DNA of 64,000 bases from Torpedo marmorata (lineage: Eukaryota): assembly GCA_977017645.1 (NCBI GenBank), contig OZ360238.1, positions 42,966,001-43,030,000 on the forward strand. The letters run 5' to 3'. Position 1 is the stretch's first letter. Each line of letters starts with the position of its first letter. The notes beneath the pieces were generated by a model, which was given only the letters and a program-made list of their open reading frames with translations, was not told the origin of the DNA and did no database searches. This document shows positions 1 to 12,625 of the stretch, piece by piece. The position numbers were made by a program, and so were the translations under genes.

Positions 1-58
1 CAGCACAGGCTCGTGGGCCGGAAGGGCCTGTTAACCGTGCTGGATTTCTAAATTAAAA
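1..58 (+). mobile_element. 3' tail of an HE1/V-SINE-like element, cut by the window edge
   Basis: ggctcgtgggccggaagggcctgttaaccgtgctg plus AT-rich tail, the same as the tails of the SINEs at 6643 and 32399. Confidence 0.8.
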
Positions 59-2109
59 ATCAAATCAAACATGATCCAATCTGATCCAACCAAACCCAAC
101 ACATGTAATCATGTCCTATCAGGCAGCCAAACTCCATTCCAGACCCTTACTTGCCAGATATCAATATGTCACACAACTGCCACCACTCAAGAATTAAGAT
201 CTTGGCTATTCACATGAGGAGCTTTCACTGAAAGATATTTGGTCTCAACATTATTTTCAATATCCATCTGTCTCTAGTGTGCTTCATTTTTGGCTATCTT
301 CATACACTTATGTAAACATTATTAAAAATCAAACACTACTTTACTTGAGATTTTCAAGAAGATGAAAAGTCACTGGAACTGAATAGCTGGCAAGAGCCAA
401 CTGCAAAATGCAGTGTGTTTGGCAAGATTGCAATGAATCTTTCAGTACTCCATTCCCAGGAGATAGCATCTCTGTGGAGATGTGGAGCATTTAGAGTGTG
501 TTTTGTAAATGTATCCATTTTTGACAATTGCTATGAATACTGTTGCCACAATAATCATTCGTTTCTCTTCCCTCCTGTTTCACCTGTCAGCATGGTGAAA
601 ACAGATTCAATTGTACTTTTGAAGGGGAACTGGATAGGCGCTTGGAAAGAGGAATGATCAGAGAAGTGGGACTGAACGGATAGGTTAGATGGGTTGAGTG
701 ACCTCTTTGTGCAGTGCATGATTTCGTGAAGAGGTGCCAGTTTGTCGAGATAGTCACTCCCTCCAAGATTTGAACATTTTCAAAAAACATATCAGCATCA
801 TTTCCATTTGACTTCATGCTGTCAAATTTGGGTCAGTGTGGGACAATGGTGCATGATGAGCAAAAAGAATGTCTTGGTCATCTTGCACCACCTTCACATT
901 ATTAATGCCCCCCCTCGCAACAACATGTCACTCAGAAGTCTTCTCTTTGAGCCCCACAGACTTTGAACATATTTAAGGTACTAATTCAAAGGGAAATTGT
1001 TGCTCCTGACCTCACTTGACATCCACACGTCTATATTTGGGGGAATCGCTGGATAGTGAACAGAAGTGAGAGCTGATTCTCCCATTCCCAATTTCAGATG
1101 ACTCCAGGCTAATTGTCACTTGCCAAGGACCAGTGAACTCAGCACAGCTTATCAATCAAACCTGAGGCCTGCTTGCTTTGTACAGCTCAGTTAATCATTC
1201 TATAATGTTCACAGAGGTTGTTAAAAGGGGCACTCTCATCTAGTGTATGGTGGCTGCATCATAAAGACCATGCCTTCTGCGCAAGTCTTCAAACCCAAAC
1301 AGGAGGTTAAAAGGATCAGAAATGAGAGTGACTAACTTCAGGGACATTTCCTCAGTCCCAATGTGTTGCAAATTTAACTGAAGTTTTTAGGAGAGAAGGT
1401 TGGCTTTTGATTGTTTGAGGAATTCAGTCAGATGGAATGATGACAGTGCCCCTTAAATGAGGAAAAAGGAGACATACGGTTGCCTGGATGGTGTGGACCA
1501 ATCAAAGCAAACACTGATTCAAAATGCCTTCAAATAGTAATTAACACATTCTAAGGTTTTGAACATTTGCTAATGATGTATAAAATGGCTCACAGCTGAT
1601 AATATGAATATGATTATAAATGTAATTTTGCTCCACCTCCTCTTATATTCCATCTGCTAATTATTTTTCCAGTGAAATGGCACGAGCAATGTTAATAAAG
1701 TCATGCTATGTTGCCTGTTTTCTGGCTTGCAATCTACAGAAGAGTGATAGAAAACAGCCTGACTTGATCATCTTGCTAAGCCAGTTTCCACACTTGCACT
1801 GCAGATGGTATTCTAGATATGCCAGTTATACTTGTAATAGCCTGGAAGTTAAAAACAAACTGTCACAGGAGAATTTTTGCACTCTTTCCTGAATTTATAA
1901 TATCTGAGACACATTTTAAAGGTTCACTCCGCTTTAATTTTGCACTTAATTCTTTTGTCATATTTTCTTTCATTTTACCTGGTTCCTTTTCGAAAGAGGC
2001 ATTATGGTCCATTGGAGGATTCCCAGGCGCACTAAAAACAATAGATAAAGGCTGACATATCAATAGAACCTTTTATGTTGCTTTCATATTGTTCCAAAGT
2101 GTTTTAATT

Positions 2110-2430
2110 CCAATTTTTGAAGCAAGGTCACTGCTGCAGTGTGGGAAATTGCTGCAATTTCCTTAAATATGAAATGTAATACTGAGTAGGTAATCTCTTT
2201 CTAGTGATGTTGAGGGAGGTATAAATTTTGGCCAGAACACTGGGGATGGCATCCTTGTTCTTTGAAATAGTGCCATGGGATCTTTTGAGAGAGCAGTTTA
2301 AAGTCTCATCTGAACTATGGTGTTGCCAACATTTCAGCACTCCTCCAGTATAACCCTTTGGAGTTTTAGAACTTTGCACTCAAGGCTGTAATGTGGGATT
2401 TAAAACCCAAACCTTCTGATTGAAAGCTAC
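2110..2430 (-). mobile_element. Degenerate Deu-domain SINE (SacSINE1/AmnSINE1-like)
   Basis: gaaatagtgccatgggatctttt...gtttaaagtctcatctgaa is the reverse complement of the recalled Deu core (GATGAGAC..AAAC...AAAGATCCCATGGCACT). Confidence 0.6.
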
Positions 2431-4139
2431 TGTTGACCTTTGAGGCTAATCTTCTTTGTGTTTTGTATTTTTTAAGATCAGTTCTTAAATGAAAGGAAGA
2501 AATGAATAAATTGATTCATTTTATACGTTTAGGGATACCATGGAGTTGAATCTCCTGCAATGGTGAGATCTGAACTTGGCCACGGGAGCTTGATGCTCCC
2601 AGTCCTAACATACCTTGGGCAGGGAGGAGAACACATGATGAGCATTCCCCTACTTCTGGCCACTGTCCAGCAATTGCCTGTGGAAAAGTATATGTGGACA
2701 TCAGAATAGGCTGAGATGTCTCCCTCCTTAGTCAGCAATCATGATTGAACAATGGCTTTTAAGAGATGATGTGACCTGCTGCAAAACCACTCCACGTCCT
2801 TGGAATGATTTGGGGAGAAGAGAAAGTGAAATGAACCATTCTAATGCCTAATGGCAGACTTTTCACCATAATCACACTGCTTTTTCCAGAGCCGAACGCA
2901 GACTAGGTAAACTCAAGTGATGGAGAATAGGAAAATAAACACAAAAAAATACCAGCTGAAATCCATGAATGTTCTACCCCCTTGGGTCTGGGCTGTAACC
3001 AGAGTCTGACAAATGACTTGTGAAAGAGAGTGATGAACCCTTATTGTGCAGACACTCTTTAGTTAATCCGAAACCAGATTTCGAGGTAATTTCACATACA
3101 CTAAAAAGATTGATGGCATGGCCTGCCTTGACAGCTTGCAAATGTTTGGGAGGATTGAAAATGGCATTGCAACTTGATTAAGGATGGTGCAGGGCTTCAA
3201 AGAAGTTTCTTCATTCAGTATATCTATCATTTTAATTTGCAAACTGCCTTTACAACAACTTACAGATGTTTGACCCCTGCCAGAGCAGTTACTGCTGCAG
3301 TCAAATGGGAATCACTGTGGGGAAAAAAAGCTTGTGATTCTTGCCACATAATCTTTTGAAATACAGTCAAGATAAACGTGTACCTGCTCCCGAGCATATT
3401 TCTCCTTCAAGTGTAGAGTTCCAGTGTACAGTTAACTCCCAGTCTCATTTATTGAGATGTATAATGTGTGCAAAGCTGGTGCACATATAACATTTCCTCA
3501 CAAATTAATTCATGTCTGTCAAGGATCCAGGTGCATTTTGAGCCATCTGCCACAGTCTTTCAGGAACTTATTTTAAAAAAAGCAAACAAAGGTTTTTCAA
3601 AATGTAACCAGCTGTAACAAGACAAATGTTGCTTTCCAAGCTGTGATTTTTCAGTCGAAAATATTTCTTTGTAATGCATAATTGGAGTGCCAGTGTTCTA
3701 ATTAAATACAGATATTATAGTTATTGAGAGTCAATTCTTTGGTAAAACTACTCCACAGTATCAAGTCTACTGTAAACCCATTAAAAATAGTGCACCATGG
3801 ATTCAAACCAGGGTGGAAACATGTCTGGATTTCACACACAGTTGAGTCCAAAGGAATGCAGTGTAGCTTGGCTCCATGAAGGATACCCACAATCTCCACT
3901 GGCAAGATACCACTGAAGGTTGGAGTTCGAGAATACCCCCACCATACATCAGATATCTGGTCTTGGTTAGTTATTTTTCCTCTTTGAATATTAAACCATA
4001 TCATTCCAAATTCAACACTTAACAAATCTGACCATATTTACTGCATCTCCTGTTGAACAATGAGATAAGAATGCCATGCTAAAGGCAGAATACAATAGAA
4101 TGGATGCTCTTTACAGGCAATGGAGCTCTCTTTTCTTGA

Positions 4140-4486
4140 ACTGTATTCACTAATGTTGTGGGATATGTGGCAATCAAACTTTGCAAAGTAAACTCTCACA
4201 AATGAGAGTGTGATGGAGCCAGATAATCTGTTTCTTTAACTAATTTCAATTGAAGAACATACATTGGTTGGTACACCAGAAATAACTGCCCTTGGTGTTT
4301 TTTTAAAGAGTATGAGGAGATTTATGATTTGAGAGAACAGGTGGGACCTCAGTTTTACACCTAATTGTGGCACCTTCAACAATGCTGCACCCTTCACCAC
4401 TGAGTTGGATTGAAAGTCCAATTGTATTTGCACTTGAAGCCAAACCTTCACACTCAGAGAAGCAAGACTGCTACCAGTGGAGCCAA
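4140..4486 (-). mobile_element. Second, more decayed Deu-domain-like SINE
   Basis: Same order of blocks as 2110-2430 (agataatctgttt, gggacctcagtttta, caccttcaacaatgctgcac, accttc..actcagag). Confidence 0.45.
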
Positions 4487-4885
4487 CATTTACACCATAT
4501 CAGGCTGACAATAGCATTCAATTGTCAGACCAAAGGTACATAAACTACCAGTTCCAGAAAAATTGTTACTTCACTGACAAAGGTTTCTGAGTTTTAGCAT
4601 GGAACACTGCACAGTGACATCATGATATTGTTCACAGCTTCAGCCATCTTTTATTTTTGATAATAATTTCTGTTAGCACAGAAATCAAACAGTAAAACAG
4701 TGCTCCTTTTCACGATAGCAGATATAGCATCTGAAACAGCAGCTGCAGAAATATCCACTGGTGTGAGCATTACCCCACCCAACTTGGTCATCTTAAACAC
4801 AAGCCGAGGTGGAGAGTGTCTGGTGTCTCAAAGGGATTTGCATCTGAGATGGGCATTGGAGCTAACTCTGCAATCTATCTTATTC

Positions 4886-4888
<3 letters not shown>

Positions 4889-4949
<61 letters not shown>

Positions 4950-4960
4950 TACACACACAC
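4889..4960. repeat. (CA)n microsatellite
   Basis: About 36 AC units with two interruptions. Confidence 0.99.
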
Positions 4961-5939
4961 TTTCTCTTTTTTCTCTCTCAAGAAAAAACCAACAAAGTAA
5001 TAAATAGCAGGAATTTTGTTTGCATTTTTGTCGACCTGATGTTGTTTTGCTATCAAATCATGTTTTAAAGGTACATAAGCACACACACTTGCACACATAC
5101 AGCAAAACAGAAGCTCTCCAGAAGGAAATACATTATGTGGTAAAAAAGAGCAGGAATTTAGTTTCAATTTTTTTGCCCTCCCAATCTTGTTTTGCCATAA
5201 ATATTTTTTAAAAGAACATTTTGAGTTTCAAAAATACCCCTCTTGCTTGTGAAATAATGCTTTCCTTCAACTCTTCCTTTTGTATCTCTCACGTGAGGTT
5301 ATATGCCTGTTGCATTGGGGATGGATAGATGGAAGTAGTGCTTTGACATGACCCTTCATCCATTGCGTTATGGGGTACACTTAATCGACCAGCATATCTT
5401 TTAATGCCCATTAATTTTGCCTATTTCATTTTGCATCACAGCTGTTACTTTAGAATATAGGAATCGAATTTTTATGAGTTCCTGGTGTTTTATTTATGCA
5501 TTAAATCATTCCATTATGATTTGAGACATAATGGAAGCAATGGGAAATTGCTGTTGTCTCACTTATGAATAGATTGATACTTGTGTACAATAGTATACAA
5601 TGCCTCTGCAACCCAGAGGTCAGAACCTTGGCAGCTGGAAAGTTTAAATCAATTAATTAATCAGCAATGAAGTAAAATCATAGTACTTGGATGACTAAGA
5701 ACTACTTATGGAGATGCTGGCCTTGCCAACAGTATCCACATAACCGAAATAAATAAATCAATAAATAGAAACAAATGTTACCATTTTGTTCTCACAATAT
5801 TCAATATTCATAAGGGATCATTTTTTTTAATGTGAAATTGCAAGATATTTACGTTCTAGACTTGCCTATTTTGGGCAGATTCTCAGCTGAAATTAAGTTG
5901 GAATTATAGGCTGACCATTAGCTATGGAATCTCAAGCAA

Positions 5940-6086
5940 AAAAAATCTGGTGAAGGAACTCAATGTGTCAGGCTGTGTCTGTGGAGGGAAATTGATAATT
6001 GACATTTCAGGTTGAATCCTAACTGTCCATTTTCTTCCATGGATGCTGCATGACCTGCTGAGGTCCTGCAGCAACTTGGTTTTTTA
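5940..6086. mobile_element. Short palindromic remnant of Penelope-like terminal repeats
   Basis: ggaactcaatgtgtcaggctgtgtctgtggaggga faces ttccatggatgctgcatgacctgctgaggtcc. This is the same tail motif as the PLE ends at 21470 and 22240. Confidence 0.6.
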
Positions 6087-6642
6087 CCATTAGATATGCT
6101 GCATGAGGGTAAGTAGTTTAGATACATAGAGTTTTTGAAAATAAGAAATTGACCTAAAATTTGTGTAACCTCTTACCTGAACTCACTGACCTTGGAGCAC
6201 TACTAAAACAAGGAAAAGTAGAAAGAGAACCTTGAATGAGAAAGGAACAAATCCACCAATGGATTAACTTCTTAATGGCATTTCATACACATAACATGGT
6301 TTTCAAAAGAATTAACTACTTAGGGAGAATATCCCATGAACACAGATATCAACCTTGTCAATTCTCTGCCAAAGGTATACAGGGACAGAAATTCTTCCTC
6401 AGTTAGGTGCATTGAATGCCCAGTACTGTAGTACATAAACTTTGTAATTCTCTGGTGAAATTCAACTCTACTGAATGTCATGGAGAGGAATTTCAGAAGC
6501 CAAGTTTGATGTTTATTCAATATTTAGAGCAAATGATTGAGAATTCTTTTCCACCCCACTCTGTTTGAATGCATGGGATCATACAAAAATAATTTGTCCA
6601 AAATCATCTATGTTTAACTAATAGATTCAGGTCAACAATTCA

Positions 6643-6896
6643 AGGCAGCACAGTTAGAGTAGTGGTTCACACAATGCTATTACAGCACCAGCGACCCGGG
6701 TTTGAATCCAGAGCTGTCTGTAATGGGTTTGTACGTTCTCCCCGTGTCTGTGCGGGTTTTCTCTGGGTGACCTGGTTTCCTCCCACATTCCAAAGATGTA
6801 CAGGTTAGATGGTTAATTGGTCACATAGGGCGGCACAGGCTCATGGGCCGGAAGGGCCTGTTACCATACTGTATATGTAAATTAAATTAAATTAAA
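6643..6896 (+). mobile_element. tRNA-derived V-SINE (HE1-like), full length
   Basis: tRNA-like head with B-box-like gggtttgaatcc, V-domain ggtttcctcccacattccaaaga, CR1-like tail, (TTAAA)n end. Confidence 0.88.
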
Positions 6897-7800
6897 ACCT
6901 TGTCTTCATTCCAATCCACTTGCTGTGTAATATTTCCCCATCATGCAGATGCACCTAGTCAACATTTCTGTCTACGTACTCCTTTCCCAGTGAGAATATG
7001 GAATGTAAGTACAACACTTCCAAATCCACCGGTGGAGCTGAGCCATAAGATGCCATTGTTTGACTTGGGCAATAGGTAATGATTGTAATTTGGGACCCCA
7101 GTTAATTTTGCCAACTCTGCCTTGGAATTTTAATCTTTGGAAATCAGTAAAGTCCCTGTTATAACCTTGCTTTATGATTTAGTGATATATTTCCTTAAAA
7201 AATGAACAATTCTATATTTACCATCATACTGTTTTTTGGGACCAGCATATACTGTATAATGCCATACAATGACTTGTATGCAGTTATGAAGTCTGGTGCA
7301 CCACGCAAGATTTGTCTTTTCAAATACAGACCATACTTTGTCCTTAAGCTTTGCTCATCGACCTCTCACAATGGAAGTCATACATGTGAAAAATAAAAAG
7401 ACTGTGATGCTGGGAACAATAATGTCACCTGTTAGCTGCCATCTTTTTGTTGTTTTTAGGTGCGGCATTCGAAATGTTCTTTTAAACAATAACACTCTTT
7501 GTTTTCTATGTTTAATTTGATATTTTAGGAATGCATTGGTCTTATAGTTACTGTAGCTTTTCATACATTTTCACCATTATCTAAGTAAATGAGGGATAGG
7601 GGAGGGAGGTAAGCATTCTGTTAGCATGTTAGCCTGGGGTGTGTTGTAGAGTGCAATTGGGTGGGGGGGGGAATAATGTATAATAATGTAATCAGCTTGG
7701 TTTTCTCTGTATTACGTTAAATGGATGGAAATTTGGGCAAGCTTCATTGTAAGTGTGCAATCCTCTTTGTGTAATTCCACTCACTTGGCTCTGCTTTTGG

Positions 7801-8430
7801 CATCTTAGCCTTTATAAATCAAAGTATTGAGTATAGAAGTTGGGATGTTATGTTGAAGTTGTTTAAGACATTGGTGAGGCCAAATTTGGAATATTGTGGG
7901 CAGTTCTGGTCACCTAACTACAGGAAAGATATCAATAAGATTGAAAGAGTGCAGAGAAGATTTACTAGGATGTTGTTGGGTCTTCAGGAATTGAGTTACA
8001 GGGATAGATTAAACAGGTTAGGACTTTATTCCTTGGAGCGAAGAAGATTGAGGGGAGATTTGTTAGAGGTTTACAAAATTATGAGAGGTATAGACAGAGT
8101 GGATGCGAGTAGGCTTTTTCCACTTAGATTGGGGGAGATAAATACGAGAGGTCATAGTTTTAAGATGAAAGGGGAAAGGTTTAGGGGGAACATTAGGGGA
8201 AAGTTCTTCACAGAGAGTGGTGGGAGCGTGGAATGGGCTGCCATCTGATGTGGTGAATGTTGGCTCAATCTTGTGTTTTGAGAATAAATTGGATAGATAC
8301 ATGGATGGGAGAGGTCTGGAGGGTTATGGAATGGGAGCAGGTCAGTGGGACTAGTGAAATGATGGTCGGCACAGACTAGAAAGGCCGAATGGCCTGTTTT
8401 TCTGTGCTGTAGCGTTCTATGGTTCTATGC
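7801..8430 (+). mobile_element. CR1 LINE 3' fragment
   Basis: ORF 7850-8248 LVRPNLEYCGQFWSP...LERRRLRGDLLEVYKI...TRGH, 3'UTR hairpin ggccgaatggcc, (ttctatgg) tail. Confidence 0.95.
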
Positions 8431-9265
8431 TTTATGACCAGGAGCTGAAAGAGATAATCTCCCACCATCACAGCAGCAACATCTCCCTGTACATTAAAGC
8501 CACGATTTGACTTCCGTTTTCTCTTTATCCAACAGCTAGCCTGGCTTTAAACTTAACCATTGAATAAATAACCTCTGTACATTCTTTAAAGGGTGTCTCA
8601 ACAGCAGTGAAGAAAATCATTGATCTATGCATACCCCGGAGGTACTGCATTGCAAAATCCTTAAAGCTGCAATGTATCCTTGTTCTACAAAAGCTGTACC
8701 TTTGGTGTAAAAGAGACTATTGTCGCAGTTAAACAGCACTGCCATTCATTTTATGGAAAAAAGCGCAAACCGAATGAGTTATATCTCTTATTGCAGTGCC
8801 ATCATTTCATTAAAGCCTATCACCTAAGGTAAATAAGCTAATCATGCTTATTGCCCTGCACACTCAGTGATTTCTGTGTATGATAAAGTATAGAAGGGTT
8901 ATGCTCTGGAACCCATGCGGTATATAATTGTTAAGGTAATGCTCAATCATTCGAAGGTATCACATACCTTTCAGACAGTAACTTTGCCAGGAATCATCGA
9001 TAGACTTTTACACAATCAAATCAGAATGATGAAAGGGGTAATGGATAGATTTGGCACATGTCATTATACCTGTCTTTTTTATGATTGTGCTTCATTAGAG
9101 TGAGCTGAGGTTTTTTTTGGCAGAGCGTTTTTAAAAGCTTCAATACTGTCAGAATAAATTGAAAATTAAAGTTACCAGTCACGTTGTACCGAGGGAGATG
9201 AAACAAATTTTCACTATTCAATGTGTTTAAGTCTTAATTATTGGAATTGTTCTAATGAATATTTA

Positions 9266-9290
9266 TCTTTCATTTTGTGTTCTTTTCCAG
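9266..9290 (+). promoter_or_regulatory. Polypyrimidine tract and splice acceptor of the WWOX last exon
   Basis: tctttcattttgtgttcttttccag directly before CAA CAG GGA. Confidence 0.93.
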
Positions 9291-9479
9291 CAACAGGGAG
9301 CAGCCACCAGCGTTTACTGTGCCGTTGCTCCGGAGCTGGAGGGTCTGGGAGGGATGTACTTCAACAACTGCTGTCGGTGCCAGCCATCACTGGCTGCCCA
9401 GGATGAAGCGTCAGCTTCTGCCTTGTGGGATCTGAGTGAGAGGCTGGTCCAAGAGAGAGCTGGGAGCCACTCTGTGTAG
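9291..9479 (+). CDS. WWOX: WW domain-containing oxidoreductase, terminal coding exon (C-terminus of the SDR domain)
   Basis: Translates [62 protein letters not shown], matching the recalled human WWOX exon 9 ([30 protein letters not shown]...LWALSERLIQERLG). Phase-0 acceptor and TAG stop. Confidence 0.97.
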   Translation, partial: QQGAATSVYCAVAPELEGLGGMYFNNCCRCQPSLAAQDEASASALWDLSERLVQERAGSHSV

Positions 9480-9628
9480 CATCCAGCCCTGTTTCTGAAG
9501 CTGTGACGTCAAGAACTTTTCAACAGGCAAATGCCACCTTTTTTTTATTTTCTTTCTCTCTCTCTCTCTTTATATCCTTCACCTGTTCCTTGCCTGTATT
9601 ACAAACATACAAGATTGATTGCACCACA

Positions 9629-9634
9629 AATAAA
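9629..9634 (+). promoter_or_regulatory. Candidate polyadenylation signal in the WWOX 3'UTR
   Basis: First AATAAA, 150 nt after the stop codon. Its use is unverified. Confidence 0.4.
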
Positions 9635-10663
9635 GTTTAACCCTTTGAAGAACTCGGCTCAAATCCATCTGTGCTCTGTTGAAGAAATTATCAGATTTTG
9701 CGAACTCAGAAGACATGTAGTCATTAAAACAGTCTGCTATAGAAGCCTCATTACCAATGATTGTTACTAATGAATAATTATTTATAATATTTAAAACAGT
9801 AATAGAAACTAATTTCACTTATGTACACTATGTATGTGAAAGTTGTTACTGGTCTCTCCTCAGAAGGTTGATGATCATAAAGGAGCCACTTCCTTAATCC
9901 AGGTCTACTGAGGTTATGTTGCAAGTAAAGTTTAAATTTCCCTATTGAACAAAACCATTTAGTTCTCATTCATTCTACCCCTTTATTGCTCCACGTGAGG
10001 CATTCACTTAGTTCCAGTTATCATCCCACTCACATTTGGAGGGATCAGCCTCTATGTGCCTTTGAACTCTGGATGACCCCAGTCTCTCATGAATCAATTG
10101 AAGATTTAGTCACAAGGGGGTAATTCAGATGCATCTGATTTTTTCCCTCTCTAATCTACCCTTCCCTTTCACAAGTTGAAGCATCCCAACATCACTGCAC
10201 AAAGTGATGCATAAGGTAATGGTCCATCTAAGACCTAAAGAAAGAAGCAACTCCTTTTTAATAGTCATAGTTCGGACTTAAGTAATGGAAAAAAAAACCC
10301 TGATCACAGAGCTGCAAACCTTTCTACTTATTGCAGTTGCAAGCAACACCCAAAACCCTCATCTATAAAAGGATTCAACCATTCATTGAATCTCCTATTC
10401 AGCAGCGCCATTTGCTATGGGATTTCAAGTGCAGATGCCATCGAGCTTCTAAAGCAGCCATTCTCAACCTTTCTTCGGCTATGGCCCCTTTTGGACTCTG
10501 CTCAAAGTTTATGGGCCCCCTTCACTATGAAGCATTCAAGTTTAGTTGGTTTCTTCCTACCAACTACATAAAACACAAAAAATATTTTATGATTTTAGTC
10601 CTTGGACCCTCCGCCCCACCGTTGAGAATGGCGGTTCTAAAGGGTGTCAAGAGCAAAATACTG

Positions 10664-10900
10664 CCGATGCAGGGATTCTGAAATAAAAACAGAAAATGAT
10701 GGAGATACTCAGCAAGTCAAGCAGCACCTATACAGAGAAAAGGAGAGAGCTCGAAACAGAATTGGCATTTCAGGTCAATAGCCTAGCGCCAAAATGAACA
10801 CAAGATTATAACAGCTGCGCTAAAAAGGGTTGAAATATAAATGCTGTTTCTGCCTCCACAATGTTGCCTGACTTGTAAGCATTTCCATCATTTTCTATTC
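10664..10900. mobile_element. Degenerate inverted Penelope-like terminal-repeat remnant
   Basis: gaaaatgatggagatactcagcaagtcaagcagca at the left and its approximate reverse complement gttgcctgacttgtaagcatttccatcattttc at the right. Confidence 0.6.
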
Positions 10901-11689
10901 TCCACTCCGATAATGGCTAAATGCACTCAATTGATTGCAATTGGCAATGCTTATTGTTCGTTTAAATAAGACTGGTAGGCGAGATTCAGTCCTGTTAATG
11001 CTAAAATGCAACCTTGGACCGGCAAAGCAAAAAGTGATGTTCATGGCTGGTAAGCTGTTGGATTTCAATGTGCCAGTTGATCCTTTTTTTAAGAGAGGGT
11101 TTTAAAGCCCAGAACAAATACTGGCATGCTAAATTCCATAACAAACCCTCACTGTAACTAGATATTCATCAATTTTTCCTTTGTTGAGATTGAAATGTTC
11201 TTTTTAGAAAATCAACACAATTTCTTTGAAAACCTACAGTCATCTCTGTATGGATGTGCTAGTAATGCAAAGTCCAGTGGACTGGACCAGCTCTCATTTA
11301 CCTTGACCTGTTTGGAATCCAATAAACTAATAGGGTGGCCTCAGAGTCTCCCTTTGTGACTACCCGTAATCTAACGTCAATCACAATTTCTGTGAGAATC
11401 GGAAGCACTGTTGAGATATGTGAATATATCAAAGAAGCCTACGTATATACAGAGGGTGCCATCAGCGACTGTGGGACTGAGATCAAGGAGGGTCAGTGAT
11501 TGCCTCATCTCGGTCTTCATTCACAGATTAAGACTGCTTCGCCGATGTGCAGAGTTTTTTTTAAGGTTCCTTTTCTTTGCTCAGTTTTTCTTGCTTTGTT
11601 TTAATAAGTAATGCCAGCATATTGTCAGTCTTGTGATTTCATTGTTAAATACGATCAAGGTCTTTTAATCAAACATCATGCGTGCATTT

Positions 11690-11870
11690 NNNNNNNNNNN
11701 NNNNNNNNNNNNNNNNNNNNNNNNNNNNNNNNNNNNNNNNNNNNNNNNNNNNNNNNNNNNNNNNNNNNNNNNNNNNNNNNNNNNNNNNNNNNNNNNNNNN
11801 NNNNNNNNNNNNNNNNNNNNNNNNNNNNNNNNNNNNNNNNNNNNNNNNNNNNNNNNNNNNNNNNNNNNNN
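11690..11870. other. Assembly gap (N run)
   Basis: 181 N. Confidence 1.
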
Positions 11871-12384
11871 ATCTTCATTTGTTCTTCGCTGTTCTCTCTT
11901 AAAAACAATTGAACCAGGATAAAACTAAACTAGCCAAAGGAGTCTTGAGAATGTTGCTGCGATGTTGTCTTTCTCGTTGCTTATTCTTTCTGTCTGAGGT
12001 TTTGTGCTTTATAGCGGTCTCTGTGCCGCAGGGATAGTTCCAATCTAAGCAATCAGCATTCCAGCATCATGTTTTCTGCAGAGAAAGAAACAATGGAAGA
12101 TAAAAGCAGTGATTAACCTGTGAAGTGTCTTCTCTTAACATTTAATATGTTACTTTACTACAATAGCAATAGCATAACATTTACATTGAACCTTCATTCT
12201 TAATTAAGGAGGGAATATACTTGCATAAGAGGTAGTTCATAAAATGTTGATTTGTGGTGTAAAATAGTGTTCTTATGAGGAATAGTGGAGCTGGTTGGAG
12301 TTGCTGATTGGAGTTTAGGTAATCTTACTGAAAAATAAGATTAGGAAGAGACTGAGAGCATAATCCCTCCTGAGGAAGCCAGAA

Positions 12385-12625
12385 AAATGGCATACATATG
12401 TTTCCAATTCAGATTGGAGACAAGGAGGAATTACTCTCTCAAGGGGTTTATGAATCTTTTGGAGTTCGCAACCTGGAGAATTATCATTCAAAGTTTAAAT
12501 CAGCAGGCCTTTATTCTACAGAGGTATCAAGGGTTCTGGGGATCAGGTAGGAAAGTGGAGTTGAGGTCAAGATCAGACCACCCATAGGCTTGATGGGGTA
12601 AGCAACGATTCCTTTTTTCTGATGC
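12385..12625 (+). mobile_element. Old CR1 3' fragment
   Basis: gagacaaggaggaattactctctcaaggggtttatgaatctttt...aaagtggagttgaggtcaagatcag, a CR1 3'-end layout. Confidence 0.55.

Larger units (their letters stand above)
1..9290 (+). other. WWOX: 3' part of the last intron of WWOX
   Basis: Lies upstream of the AG acceptor of the WWOX terminal exon. No other WWOX-like peptide is seen in the ORF track. Confidence 0.85.

Noticed and set aside
4700-5167. ORFs with HTHT/VCVC runs
   Set aside because: They are translations of the (CA)n microsatellite.
6643-6720. tRNA gene (also at the other SINE heads)
   Set aside because: A degenerate tRNA-like head that runs straight into a V-domain and LINE tail, so it is a SINE.
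11611-11922. ORFs spanning X runs
   Set aside because: Artefacts of the N gap.
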